Shown here: positions 18,387 through 27,925 of the stretch, piece by piece
Position numbering within the stretch: the stretch's first letter is position 1
Layout: each line of letters opens with the position of its first letter
Virus record (IMG/VR): IMGVR_UViG_3300050821_006485
Coordinates: 37,203-101,202 of that record
Direction: 5' to 3' (one strand)
DNA: 64,000 nucleotides
DNA from: a virus
Position numbers and translations under genes: made by a program
Notes under the pieces: model-generated
The model's input: the letters and a program-made list of their open reading frames with translations, nothing else
Database searches by the model: none
Told to the model about the DNA's origin: nothing

Positions 18387-19439
18387 ATGCCAACACTTGA
18401 TTCATTATTGGGTACCGCATCAAACTTTGATGTACTTGCGGGCTCTACGGTTACAAACTCTGGAGCAACTGTTCTTACTGGAGGTGATCTAGGTCTTTCT
18501 CCTGGTTCATCTGTAACGGGCTTTCCGCCAGGCGTAGTTACTCCTCCTAATGTACAGCACATTACCGATTCTGTCGCAGCCAAGGGTCAATCCGACCTTA
18601 CTGCCGCATATACGTACTTTGCCGGATTAGCCGGAGCTACGCCTATCGTTGGAAACTTAAACGGTCAAACATTTGTTCCCGGTTTGTATAGCGGCGGCGC
18701 GATTGATCTGGCAGTAGGTGGAACCGTAACCCTTAACGGAAACGGCGACCCAACTGCGGAATTTATTTTCCAAGCCGCGTCCACTCTTACCTTCAACAAC
18801 GGTTCTACTGTTGTCCTTACAAATGGTGCAACCGCCAAAAACATTATATGGCAAGTTGGAAGCTCTGCAACCATCGGAACCACGGCGGTTGTTTCTGGGG
18901 ACATCGTGGCGCTGACTTCAATTTCCGTGAACACCGGGGCCACGGTCAACGGCAGATTACTCGCCAGAAACGGCGCGGTGACGTTGAGTGGTAACACTGT
19001 TACTGCCCCGGCAACTGGCGCGGGAACGGGTACGGGAGGTGGCGTAGTAGCGATAGGCACATCCTCAGCGAGTGCCACGGTGACGCTAAGCGAACTCACA
19101 CACCCAGATATTACAGGAAAAAGTTTAAGATCATGGGGAGTGGTGACTATTAATCCTGGAGGTTACACAAGCGGAGGAATTCCGTTCGGATTGATGCAGT
19201 ACGCGGACCAACGTACGGTGGATTTTAATGGGTTCTTGCGTTGTGAGGTCTACGGCGAGGAACCTAAGAACAACATCATATTGGCAACTATTGCATACCG
19301 TTATACCCCAGTCACAGATTCTCTCCAGATTTTTAATAACGGGGTAGAACTTGCCGGGGGCTCTGCTATACCAGTCTCTGTGTTATCTGACACCTTGCTT
19401 TTTGAGGCACAGTGGGATCGCACTAGCGTAAGAGGATAA
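18387..19439 (+). CDS. Ice-binding protein (DUF3494) fused to a C-terminal virion-type domain
   Basis: LGTASNFDVLAGSTVTN, GDLGLSPG, DLTAAY, FIFQAASTL, NIIWQVGSSATIG, GRLLARNGAVTL. Confidence 0.9.
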   Translation: MPTLDSLLGTASNFDVLAGSTVTNSGATVLTGGDLGLSPGSSVTGFPPGVVTPPNVQHITDSVAAKGQSDLTAAYTYFAGLAGATPIVGNLNGQTFVPGLYSGGAIDLAVGGTVTLNGNGDPTAEFIFQAASTLTFNNGSTVVLTNGATAKNIIWQVGSSATIGTTAVVSGDIVALTSISVNTGATVNGRLLARNGAVTLSGNTVTAPATGAGTGTGGGVVAIGTSSASATVTLSELTHPDITGKSLRSWGVVTINPGGYTSGGIPFGLMQYADQRTVDFNGFLRCEVYGEEPKNNIILATIAYRYTPVTDSLQIFNNGVELAGGSAIPVSVLSDTLLFEAQWDRTSVRG

Positions 19440-19453
19440 TTCAACAACAATTT

Positions 19454-19530
19454 CCTGAGATTAATTACCTCAGGCAGCCGTGGGGAATGCCTACCTATGC
19501 ATGGGCATTCTCCGCGCATCTTCATAGGAG
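19454..19530 (+). promoter_or_regulatory. Hairpin plus SD-sequestering pseudoknot leader (copy 1)
   Basis: CCTGAG/CTCAGG hairpin; 15-bp stem with loop CCTATG pairing CATAGG over the SD AGGAG. Confidence 0.7.
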
Positions 19531-19537
19531 AAAAATA

Positions 19538-20191
19538 ATGCCGCATCATAAGAATACACATTGTAAGCATGGACATGAGTACACGGTAGAAAATACAAGG
19601 ATATTACCTAACGGGGCAAGAGTTTGTCGAGCATGTAAGCGTGAATGGGCAAGAGAAAACACGGGATTAGAAGAGGGGGAAGTAAAGCAAAATAAAAATC
19701 AGAACACTGACAAAACCCATTGTCTTCGTGGTCACGAGTTTACATCGGAAAACACATACATGAAGGGCGAACGTAGGATTTGTATAATTTGTAGGAATGC
19801 CGCCCAGCGCGATAGACAAAGGATTGCAGAAGCAAAATACAGAGCGTTAAAGAAATCCAGCCCTGAATTATGGGAAAAAGAAAGACGAAGAAGAAGGGCA
19901 CAACAACTTAAAAGAGTCGGTTGGAATATTGATCTTTTTGAAGAGACCCTAAACCTGCAAGAAAATAAATGCGCCGTTTGTAGAACTGTTCTAGATATTA
20001 ATGCTATAAAGAACGGCGCTACTAACCAGGCTCATGCTGACCATGAGCACGTAGAGCCTCCAAAGCCTAGAGGTATTTTATGTGGCAATTGTAATTTAGG
20101 CATTGGAAATTTAAAAGAAAACCCAGAAATTATGTTGGCAGCAATTGCCTACGTAACTAAATGGAAGGAAGAGAGGTCGTACGGGCCATAA
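19538..20191 (+). CDS. Free-standing homing endonuclease, endonuclease VII family
   Basis: Two THCxxGHExTxENT modules; QENKCAVC...HADHEH...RGILCGNCNLGIG; ATG 19538 after AGGAG. Confidence 0.85.
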   Translation: MPHHKNTHCKHGHEYTVENTRILPNGARVCRACKREWARENTGLEEGEVKQNKNQNTDKTHCLRGHEFTSENTYMKGERRICIICRNAAQRDRQRIAEAKYRALKKSSPELWEKERRRRRAQQLKRVGWNIDLFEETLNLQENKCAVCRTVLDINAIKNGATNQAHADHEHVEPPKPRGILCGNCNLGIGNLKENPEIMLAAIAYVTKWKEERSYGP

Positions 20192-21491
20192 TTTATCGCA
20201 GTTAGGTAAGTAATTGCCTCATCAATCAGCAATGATTGTTTGTAACCTAGAGAATTCGGTGGAACACCCGATAGGGTCAATACCGAGCCGAGCCCAGAAA
20301 TGGGAAGGTGTAACGACTATCTCGAAAGAGAGTAGGGAACAGCGTTCCCGAAGCACTAGGGGTCCTGCAAAGGGATCAAGATATAGTCTGGACTTATTAG
20401 TAATAATAAGAGAGTAAGCGGACGCGGCTTATTTGTAACAATAATCGACAGCATCATTAGACGCCTTTTCTGGATTAATCACCATAGCCGATGCAGTGGA
20501 CCTCCCTGAAGGCGCGAGTCCTAGAAATTGGGACGTTCAGTTTAACGTAGGTAGCGTACGCACCAGGTCCGGTTTATTGAGCGTGTACTCTTACGCGACC
20601 ACATTAATAATCACTTCCTATGTTCTTCATTACGGTATAGCAGTGTTTGGGTATACTGGCGTAGAACCAACGGTTAATGAGGGGTTTTTGTTGTCCGGTT
20701 TTATAAACAACCTTTCATATCTGAATGGCCTCCAGGTATTTGTCGTTTCCGCGACAGCAACAACCTTCTCGGTTTTCTTGCCATTTAAGGACGACGGTCC
20801 ATTTTTCAATCTCACAGGTTCTGCGGTCTCCCTTTCAGGCGCATTCGCTGGGCCTAACCTAGGCAACACCGTAACTTCCACCGGGTGGACCAACCCCAGT
20901 GGAATCCTAGGTAACGTTTCTTACGCCTCGGCAGTCGGTGGCGCAGCCTTATCAGCAACAATGGTTCCTACGGCGGCAGGAAATGAGTCGTCTAGTAATC
21001 CGGCGTGGACCGCCCCTGGCAACGTATACACTACCGGCTCGGCATTCGCCCAAGTTACTCTATCTATCGCCGCAGGTGGTGGCGGAGGGGGCGGTGGTGG
21101 TGGCGGGGGTGGAGGTGGAGGGGGTGGCGGCGGAGGCGGTTGCTTCTCCGCAGCGGTTTCCGTTCGTACCCCAGAAGGTCTTATCGAGCTGGGAAATGCG
21201 CCCGGCACTCTCCAAGTTTCTAACGAAACCGGTACGCATAGTGCGCGGCTTATCGTTCACAAGGATTACAAAGGTTGGATGGTGGTAATCGAAGAGGATA
21301 AGCTTGTCACCATAGATCACGTTATGAGGTCCGGGGATAAATGGGAACCGGCTGGGCTTAAATATCACAATCTACGCCGAGTCTGGTTCGTGGGTACGGT
21401 CTTCGATTTACACGTTATCTCCGATAATGAGGCAGATCATCACTACATACTGTGGAACGGTGACATAGCCCATAACAAACAACTAAAATAG
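20181..21491 (+). CDS. Tail nozzle/stabilisation-like protein, N-terminal part (spliced: 20181-20207 joined to 20448-21491), ending in Gly22 and a Hint domain
   Basis: Spliced frame reads (M)GHNLSQLG|TASLDAFSGLITIADAVDLPEGASPRNWDV; start inferred at ACG after GAGG; ORF caller starts at 20496. Confidence 0.65.
20208..20447 (+). ncRNA. Group I intron (IA-like, no internal ORF)
   Basis: P1 AGGT|AA-GTAA-TTGCCT with U.G at the splice site; P3 CCTAG/CTAGG; P4 TTCGGT/ACCGAG; R GTAACGACTA; P7.1 and P7.2 hairpins; S AAGATATAGTCT; P9; terminal G20447. Confidence 0.9.
21141..21476 (+). other. Hint (intein-like, BIL-type) autoprocessing domain
   Basis: Block A CFSAAVSVRTPEG, block B VTIDH (TxxH), block F VFDLHV, terminal AHN followed by K rather than C/S/T. 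Confidence 0.85.
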
Positions 21492-21503
21492 AAGGGAGTA
21501 ACC

Positions 21504-24500
21504 ATGGCGGTATCCGCATTGCTGCTGGCAAGCAGTATAAACTTTAACATACCCAGTAGCGCTACCGTGCTTGGCATTTCCACGTCGTTCGCAGCGCAAG
21601 CCGTGGGCACCGGAACTCCCTCTATTAACATTGAACTTGCTTTAAACGGGGCACCGATAGGGTCGTATATAAACGTTCCTATCGGCAGCTCCCTGAAGAC
21701 CTATACTCAGGGTTCTTCCGCATTTCAATGGGGAACTACGTTAACACCCGCCATTGTAGATGGCAGTTCGCTTGGCATTCTCCTGCAAGCCGAGTTGGAC
21801 ACCTCCGGGACCTCAGCGGTCAGCTCCACGTTTAGCGTAAACAACCTCTCGGTGTCGGTATACTACACCACGTCTTTGCTTTCTGAAATTTTGCAGGTCG
21901 AGACGTTTTCCTTTGCGGTACCGGCAACATCTGGTATATCCGGCATCGGGGTGAGCTTTGTTGCGTATTCCAGCCTTACTACTAACTTGTCGGTGCAGAT
22001 GATTAAGGCCGAGGTGCCGGTTGGTACGCCGAAAAGCGTAACGCTAAGCAGCACACCTACTATCTACACGATTGGGGCATCGAACGATCTGTGGGGCACC
22101 ACGTGGATTTCTTCTGATATCAACAACACAGGTTTCGGTGTACAGATAACCGGGTCGGGGGTTGGTACTACATTTGCCAAAGATTTAGATATCTTGGCTT
22201 ACCTTACTCCGTCTTTGGCTGATTTTCTGTACGTAAAAACATATGAGCAGAACAACGGGCAAATTACTACTCTTGCCTTAGATGATTCTGGAATCATGTG
22301 GAAGGAGGACGTTAACAATAACCCTAACGTTCTTTCCACGGCCTTGGTTGGTATTATTCCCGGTTCTTATGCCAAGAGCGCCACGGCGGATAACCAAGAG
22401 TACATCATGTTCTCAGACCTCTCCATTGGCACGGAGAGACCCAGAGTTTTAAGCGGTAACACTTTTTATCCCCTGTCTCAAGTAGGACCGGGAGCACCGC
22501 CATCGTTCCAGGCATCAATCGGCTCGATAAGCAATATACTGAGCCTTAGCCATTATTCTCTATCTGGGAATGTAGTTACCTTTACCTATACGGGTACTAT
22601 GCCTACGGTAGGCAGCATTTATATTCTCAGCAATGTTGTTTCCTACCTAAACGGACAGTCGGTTATTGTACTTAGTACCGGATTATCGCCCACCACGTTT
22701 GAGGTGCAATTTCAACACCCTGATGATATTGGCTCAGCAATTAATGGTACGGCCACGCCTACTTTTAGTTATTCCATCCAGTCGATTACGCAACCGGTGC
22801 CCTATTCTGGCATCGCAGAATTTTTGTGGAGCGCGGGTCCGGGACAGACTTCTCCGGGATCAACGGTTACGGTTTATTATAAGCACGATACAACTGGTGG
22901 ACAGGACCCAGGGTTATCTTCCACAACAAACCCTGTTTATGTTAACTTAGCACATGCTACAGGAGGGGCGGCACAGTTTAATGGTACATGGCTTGTTAAT
23001 GGCACGGGATTAGGAAATCCTCCGGGGGTAGGGGGTAATTATTGGTACTTTACGTTTACTTATACGGCATCCGGTAGTTACAGTCAAATTTTTCCTCCAG
23101 GAAATCCTGTTTCATACCAAATTACCCTTGCAACCTTAACCACATCTACGCCCATCCCTAACCTTACAGCGGGTAGTCCGATTACTATTACCGGGGTTAC
23201 ACCCACCGGTTGGAATAGCAACTGGACAATAGTTACACCCCTGACTAGCGGAGTTCTTAATATTAGTGGCACCCAGATGGATGCCTCCGGTAACGCCTCG
23301 TATACGTACAACGTACAAAGCGGGGCCGGTCCTTTAGTCGGGGAAATTGTTACTGTTACGAATTGTACCAATGCGGCTATATTTAATGCCACCGGAGTTA
23401 TTTCTTCTGTGGCAGGCGGAATATTTCAGATTGCCGGATTCCCGCCAAATCATCCCATACCGTTTGCGTTTGAAGCTAATGGCGTGGGTTCTACGTTTGG
23501 TACGCAGTTTACATTTGATCCCGGCGCAGTGGTCGCGGGCACTACCGGCCAATCTATTTTTGGCAACGCTGGTTCTGGTGGAAAGGTTACCATTGTTGGC
23601 AGCTCGATTCAGCCTTTAGGGGCCGGTACTCGCCAAGCGGTAGTGTTCTTTATTACGCAAAGCGGCCTGGAGACTGCCGTGTCGCCGCCGGTAACATTTA
23701 CCACGTCTTCTAACGCCAATGAACTAGAGGTTACTAATATTCCTATCGGCCCTCCAAATGTCATTGCAAGAGGCATAGCGATTACCGAGGCGGGCGCTAA
23801 CGGTGTGCCGGGAGCTAGTTTTTACGTGATCCCTAACAACGTTGTGTTAACCGTGGGAAACACCGTCACTACGTACCCATCCACAATTATTAGGGATAAT
23901 ATTACCACATCTGCTAAGCTTTCGTTTACGGACGCGGTGCTCCTGTCTTCCCAAGAAATAGATGTGCAGGGCAACAACCTGTTTAATCTAATCGAGCTGG
24001 GCAGTTCCGCTTGGTGCCTGCCTTACGCATCCCGCATGTTCTACGGAATGCAGCTAAACAAGGTTGATAACTTTAATAACCTCACGTTCGATGGTGGTTA
24101 CCTACCAAACCCAGGAGGTAACTTATTTCCACTTGGTTGGATTGGAACCGATGTAGCCAATACCAATCTTATTAACAGCCCGGTTACCGGCATGTCTCTA
24201 TACATCAAGAACGCCGGTTCTACGGTAAAGTCCGGGGTTGGTCTAGTTTATCAGACTGCCTACACGGACCCCTACCAAGTTCCAATAATTTTGCCGAATA
24301 CCTTGTATTCCGTTAGAGTGGCAGCAAGCAATCCTTCTGGAAACGCGGTGGGGTCTCTGGTTATCGACTTGACGGACTTCAATACGGGAATCGGATTTGG
24401 CATCACCTACGGAACGTTCTCGGTGCTGTTAGCCAGCATGTCTACGAATACTTCGGTATTTACTGGGGCATTGCTAACCACACCCTTTACACAAGGCGTA

Positions 24501-25769
24501 AGCCCTGCTTTGCAACTAAGGGTGAGCTTAGCGAATGCCGGGCCGGGGGCCGATGTACAGGTGGACAGGATAGAGGTATTCCCGACTTTGGAGCCTTATC
24601 TGCTCACGCAGGTCTATGGCTCGTACATTGATAATTTGGAGGCGATAGATGCCAGCGGTTCCGGGGGGATTATTAATACCGCCTCGGAAAATAGCCAAAC
24701 GTGCACGGGCGGGTTCGTGATGCACGACATCATGTATTTGCTCAAAACGAACTCGCTTTATTCCACGCAAGATATCCCAACGAGCGAACCGGGAGGCTGG
24801 AGCCTCAGAGAGGTGAGTAATAAGGCCGGTTCTATTGGAATACATTCTTATTCCTCAGGCGAAGAGTGGGCAGTGATGGCGTGCCGTGCGGGGATTTATG
24901 GTTTTAACGGCGGGCAACCTGTTCCCATTAATTGGGAAATCAGACAAATTTGGGAAGCAATTAATTGGGACGCTGGTAAGACAATTGTATTGCGCAATGA
25001 TGTAACTAATAAAATGATGTATTGTGCAATCCCTTTGCCGACCGGTACTGACCCAGTTACAGGTATAACTACAAAGTCTATAAAGTGGCTTCCTTTTGCC
25101 CCCTATAACCCGGCTCCTATATCTCCAAATGTTATGTTGGTTCTTAATTACCAAGCAATGGATTCTTTTGAGGAACTAATAGGAGCATCAGGAATTAGGA
25201 CCACGATGTTTGGCACGCTTGCCGCTGTTGATATGAAGCGTAAGTGGACTATTTGGCAGATACCAAGTCCGTACATGGATTTTATTATGAGGCCAAATGG
25301 AATTGATACTCCTCTATTCGTGTGTAACGGAATTGATTCTTCAAAAATTTATGAATTCGAAGACAACCAATTTAGCGATGATGGTACAGCAATTTTCAGC
25401 CTCTATACAACCTATGGGCATGTTAATGCTGCTAAGAGTGCGACCATACCCCTGTTCGGTTATCACGCGAAGAGATACACGGTATTTCAAGTGAACGCAA
25501 AAGGATCGGGTAACATGCAAGTTAGAGTTATACCTAATGTGCTTGAAGCTCGTTACCCTTATACTATACCAGGCGGAATTAATCTTTTTGACCCAGCTAA
25601 TGACGATGCCTTTAGACCTTTAAACATAAAAGGTAATAGAGTGTTTTTGGAATTTTCTACCAATGCCGTTGGTTCATGGTTCCAAGTTTCTAAATCACTG
25701 TTAACTGGCAAGGCCGATCCTTGGTCCAGTTTGAATCCGACCGGAGGATTAAATACCGGCATAAAATAA
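21504..25769 (+). CDS. Tail nozzle/stabilisation-like protein, C-terminal part
   Basis: 1421 aa; beta-propeller-like segments (MYLLKTNSLY, GIYGFNGGQPVPINWEIRQIW) with inserted beta domains; own GGGAG RBS. Confidence 0.65.
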   Translation: MAVSALLLASSINFNIPSSATVLGISTSFAAQAVGTGTPSINIELALNGAPIGSYINVPIGSSLKTYTQGSSAFQWGTTLTPAIVDGSSLGILLQAELDTSGTSAVSSTFSVNNLSVSVYYTTSLLSEILQVETFSFAVPATSGISGIGVSFVAYSSLTTNLSVQMIKAEVPVGTPKSVTLSSTPTIYTIGASNDLWGTTWISSDINNTGFGVQITGSGVGTTFAKDLDILAYLTPSLADFLYVKTYEQNNGQITTLALDDSGIMWKEDVNNNPNVLSTALVGIIPGSYAKSATADNQEYIMFSDLSIGTERPRVLSGNTFYPLSQVGPGAPPSFQASIGSISNILSLSHYSLSGNVVTFTYTGTMPTVGSIYILSNVVSYLNGQSVIVLSTGLSPTTFEVQFQHPDDIGSAINGTATPTFSYSIQSITQPVPYSGIAEFLWSAGPGQTSPGSTVTVYYKHDTTGGQDPGLSSTTNPVYVNLAHATGGAAQFNGTWLVNGTGLGNPPGVGGNYWYFTFTYTASGSYSQIFPPGNPVSYQITLATLTTSTPIPNLTAGSPITITGVTPTGWNSNWTIVTPLTSGVLNISGTQMDASGNASYTYNVQSGAGPLVGEIVTVTNCTNAAIFNATGVISSVAGGIFQIAGFPPNHPIPFAFEANGVGSTFGTQFTFDPGAVVAGTTGQSIFGNAGSGGKVTIVGSSIQPLGAGTRQAVVFFITQSGLETAVSPPVTFTTSSNANELEVTNIPIGPPNVIARGIAITEAGANGVPGASFYVIPNNVVLTVGNTVTTYPSTIIRDNITTSAKLSFTDAVLLSSQEIDVQGNNLFNLIELGSSAWCLPYASRMFYGMQLNKVDNFNNLTFDGGYLPNPGGNLFPLGWIGTDVANTNLINSPVTGMSLYIKNAGSTVKSGVGLVYQTAYTDPYQVPIILPNTLYSVRVAASNPSGNAVGSLVIDLTDFNTGIGFGITYGTFSVLLASMSTNTSVFTGALLTTPFTQGVSPALQLRVSLANAGPGADVQVDRIEVFPTLEPYLLTQVYGSYIDNLEAIDASGSGGIINTASENSQTCTGGFVMHDIMYLLKTNSLYSTQDIPTSEPGGWSLREVSNKAGSIGIHSYSSGEEWAVMACRAGIYGFNGGQPVPINWEIRQIWEAINWDAGKTIVLRNDVTNKMMYCAIPLPTGTDPVTGITTKSIKWLPFAPYNPAPISPNVMLVLNYQAMDSFEELIGASGIRTTMFGTLAAVDMKRKWTIWQIPSPYMDFIMRPNGIDTPLFVCNGIDSSKIYEFEDNQFSDDGTAIFSLYTTYGHVNAAKSATIPLFGYHAKRYTVFQVNAKGSGNMQVRVIPNVLEARYPYTIPGGINLFDPANDDAFRPLNIKGNRVFLEFSTNAVGSWFQVSKSLLTGKADPWSSLNPTGGLNTGIK

Positions 25770-25772
25770 TAT

Positions 25773-25843
25773 CTCATAGCTTAGCGGCTTTGAGCTAGAG
25801 CTGGAACAGCCTGATACTGCTTCCAGCTCGATCTTATCAGGAG
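25773..25843 (+). promoter_or_regulatory. Hairpin plus SD-sequestering pseudoknot leader (copy 2)
   Basis: CTCA..TGAG hairpin; GAGCTGGAA/TTCCAGCTC stem with loop CCTGATA pairing TATCAGG over AGGAG. Confidence 0.72.
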
Positions 25844-25848
25844 AGAAA

Positions 25849-26478
25849 ATGATAGTATATTTAGTAACAAACAAACATAACGGAAAACAATATGTAGGGC
25901 AGACCGTAAAACCTCTTCAAACTAGATGGGCGCAGCATGGGAATGACACTTCTCATGTATCTCTCTTACGCAACGCTTTGAAAAAGTATGGAACAAATTC
26001 TTTCGTAATAGAAATTATCCATGAATGTCTGCATAAAGAAGAAATGGATTTTGTAGAAATATTCTACATTTCATTTTTGAATACTAAATCTCCTAATGGT
26101 TATAATTTAACAGACGGGGGAGAGGGAAGTTTAGGGCATACGCCTACAAAAGAAGCAAGAGTTAAAATGAGTTTGGCTAAGAAAGGATTACTACCGCCAA
26201 AGCCCATAAAAAGGGGACAAAGGTTATCCCCGAGTACAGAAATTAAAAAGGGACAAAGATTATCTCCTAGTACTGAATTTAAAGCCGGATTTATTCCTTG
26301 GAATAAAGGTAAGTCGCATCTAAAAGGGGCGCTTAATCCTTTTTACCACAAAAAACATTCTCCCGAAGCTTTACAAAAAATGCGACTAGCTAAACTCGGT
26401 AGAAAGCAATCTCCAGAACATGTAGCTAAGAGAATGGCCAGTATATTAAAAAGGAAGGAACTAGATGGCTCACGGTGA
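25849..26478 (+). CDS. GIY-YIG homing endonuclease with NUMOD3-like repeats
   Basis: IVYLVTN...YVGQT...RW, E, GYNLTDGGEG; KGQRLSPSTE twice; HSPEALQKM. Confidence 0.9.
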   Translation: MIVYLVTNKHNGKQYVGQTVKPLQTRWAQHGNDTSHVSLLRNALKKYGTNSFVIEIIHECLHKEEMDFVEIFYISFLNTKSPNGYNLTDGGEGSLGHTPTKEARVKMSLAKKGLLPPKPIKRGQRLSPSTEIKKGQRLSPSTEFKAGFIPWNKGKSHLKGALNPFYHKKHSPEALQKMRLAKLGRKQSPEHVAKRMASILKRKELDGSR

Positions 26479-27094
26479 ACATGCAATTCTAGAAGGTGGC
26501 CGTGAACTCCCATTTCTAAGCCAACAAAACACTTATCTAGGTTCTATTCTTCAGCGCATCCTTGACGCCGTGAACCTTACCGCAAAGAACGCCGGTGTTT
26601 CATCCGTGGGCAAAATTGCACCCCCTGATCCGGTGGACAGTGTGAATATACAAGGTACTCAACTTGGTTCTAAATTAATCGCTCCTTCTGAAATATTGCA
26701 TCTGACCTTAACTCATAATGGGCCTGTAAAGAAAAACGTCCAGTACATAACAGAAGTCGCTACGGACAGTAACTTTTCTAATCCGCATATTATAGATCAC
26801 GGATGTAGCCGCTCGGCATTCGTTCATCTTCCTACTTATCTTGACGATGGCGTTACTAAGCAAATCTATTATGTTCGCTCGTATCCGCAATATCCCGGCA
26901 GCGATCCCGCCAGACCGACCGTATTTGGGGGTCTAGCGCAGCCAATACAGGTGCAGATGACCGGTTCATCCGCAGGTACCTTACTACAGTCTACGGGCAG
27001 CGGAACTGCCTCTCCGACCGGTAATCAGGGCGGACACGGCTTGGGCAAGATTCTAGACAGACCGGCTACGGGGCCGAAACGTAATTTGGTGTAA
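26465..27094 (+). CDS. Virion structural protein
   Basis: FnIII-like YITEVATDSNFSN...YYVRSY; lies in the tail module. Confidence 0.6.
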   Translation: MAHGEHAILEGGRELPFLSQQNTYLGSILQRILDAVNLTAKNAGVSSVGKIAPPDPVDSVNIQGTQLGSKLIAPSEILHLTLTHNGPVKKNVQYITEVATDSNFSNPHIIDHGCSRSAFVHLPTYLDDGVTKQIYYVRSYPQYPGSDPARPTVFGGLAQPIQVQMTGSSAGTLLQSTGSGTASPTGNQGGHGLGKILDRPATGPKRNLV

Positions 27095-27096
27095 CT

Positions 27097-27276
27097 ATGG
27101 CAGAGAAAAAACAAACGTTAAACTTGAAGATGTACGCCGGGGTACTATTCCCAGATGACTCCGTGCAAACGAGCGCACTTCTCTCCGGTTCGCCCGGTCA
27201 GCTAACACAGACGCAGATGCCCCCTGTTATTGACCCTACTGGTACCCTGACTCAAATTGATCTAGGTGTTTTCTAA
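27097..27276 (+). CDS. Small 59-aa protein missing from the ORF track
   Basis: MAEKKQTLNLKMYAGVLFPDDSVQTSA...TQIDLGVF; stop overlaps next ATG (TAATG); C-terminus resembles that of 27276. Confidence 0.65.
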   Translation: MAEKKQTLNLKMYAGVLFPDDSVQTSALLSGSPGQLTQTQMPPVIDPTGTLTQIDLGVF

Positions 27277-27917
27277 TGTCAATCGCAATCCAACATAAAC
27301 GAGGCCTAAAAGCCAATCTACCCGCGTCTGGCGCGGCGGGTGAGTTCTTCGTAACAACGGATACCCATGAGATAACCATCGGTACCGGCGCGGGAACAAG
27401 CCCACTCAAGGTCGATGCGTCAAACGTAACTAATTTGCCCGCAGCAACTCAGCCTGTGAATGCGCAGACCGGTACAACGTACGCTATAGTTGGAGGAGAC
27501 GCCGGTAAACTTGTTACGTTGTCTAATGCCTCCCCAGTGGCGGTATCAATTCCCCAAGCTGGAACCGGGTTGTTTACCAGTACTTTCTTTGTTGACCTAC
27601 AAAATCTAGGGGCGGGTGCGGTAACCATTACACCGACCACTTCTACGATTAACGGCGCGGCGACCTTCGTTCTACAGAAGAACCAGGGCATTCGCCTGAA
27701 TTCCGATGGGGCTAATTACCAGGTTCAAACTGGTATGAAGCCGGCGAAGTTCACGGCGGTTGCTAACCAGTTCCTAACTAGCGTGGACGACAGTGGCAAC
27801 TTCTCGGCAGCACAGCCCGCGTTTACGAACATCTCGGGAACTTTGGTTGAAGGACAGTTGCCCAGCACCATTGACGGAGTAACAGGGCTAGCAACTATAG
27901 ATTGCGGCACATTTTAA
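27276..27917 (+). CDS. Fibre-type protein with Mtd-N/hyaluronidase-like N-terminal motif
   Basis: [12 protein letters not shown]...GEFFVTTDT; NAQTGTTY...DAGKLV module; IDCGTF end. Confidence 0.65.
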   Translation: MSIAIQHKRGLKANLPASGAAGEFFVTTDTHEITIGTGAGTSPLKVDASNVTNLPAATQPVNAQTGTTYAIVGGDAGKLVTLSNASPVAVSIPQAGTGLFTSTFFVDLQNLGAGAVTITPTTSTINGAATFVLQKNQGIRLNSDGANYQVQTGMKPAKFTAVANQFLTSVDDSGNFSAAQPAFTNISGTLVEGQLPSTIDGVTGLATIDCGTF

Positions 27918-27925
27918 AGGAAATT

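Noticed and set aside
20921-21368. Poly-Pro and other overlapping or antisense ORFs
   Set aside because: Shadow frames of the Gly22 tract; the same applies to most short antisense ORFs in the track
21141-21491. Canonical cis-splicing intein
   Set aside because: The residue after His-Asn is Lys and only four residues follow, so there is no C-extein nucleophile
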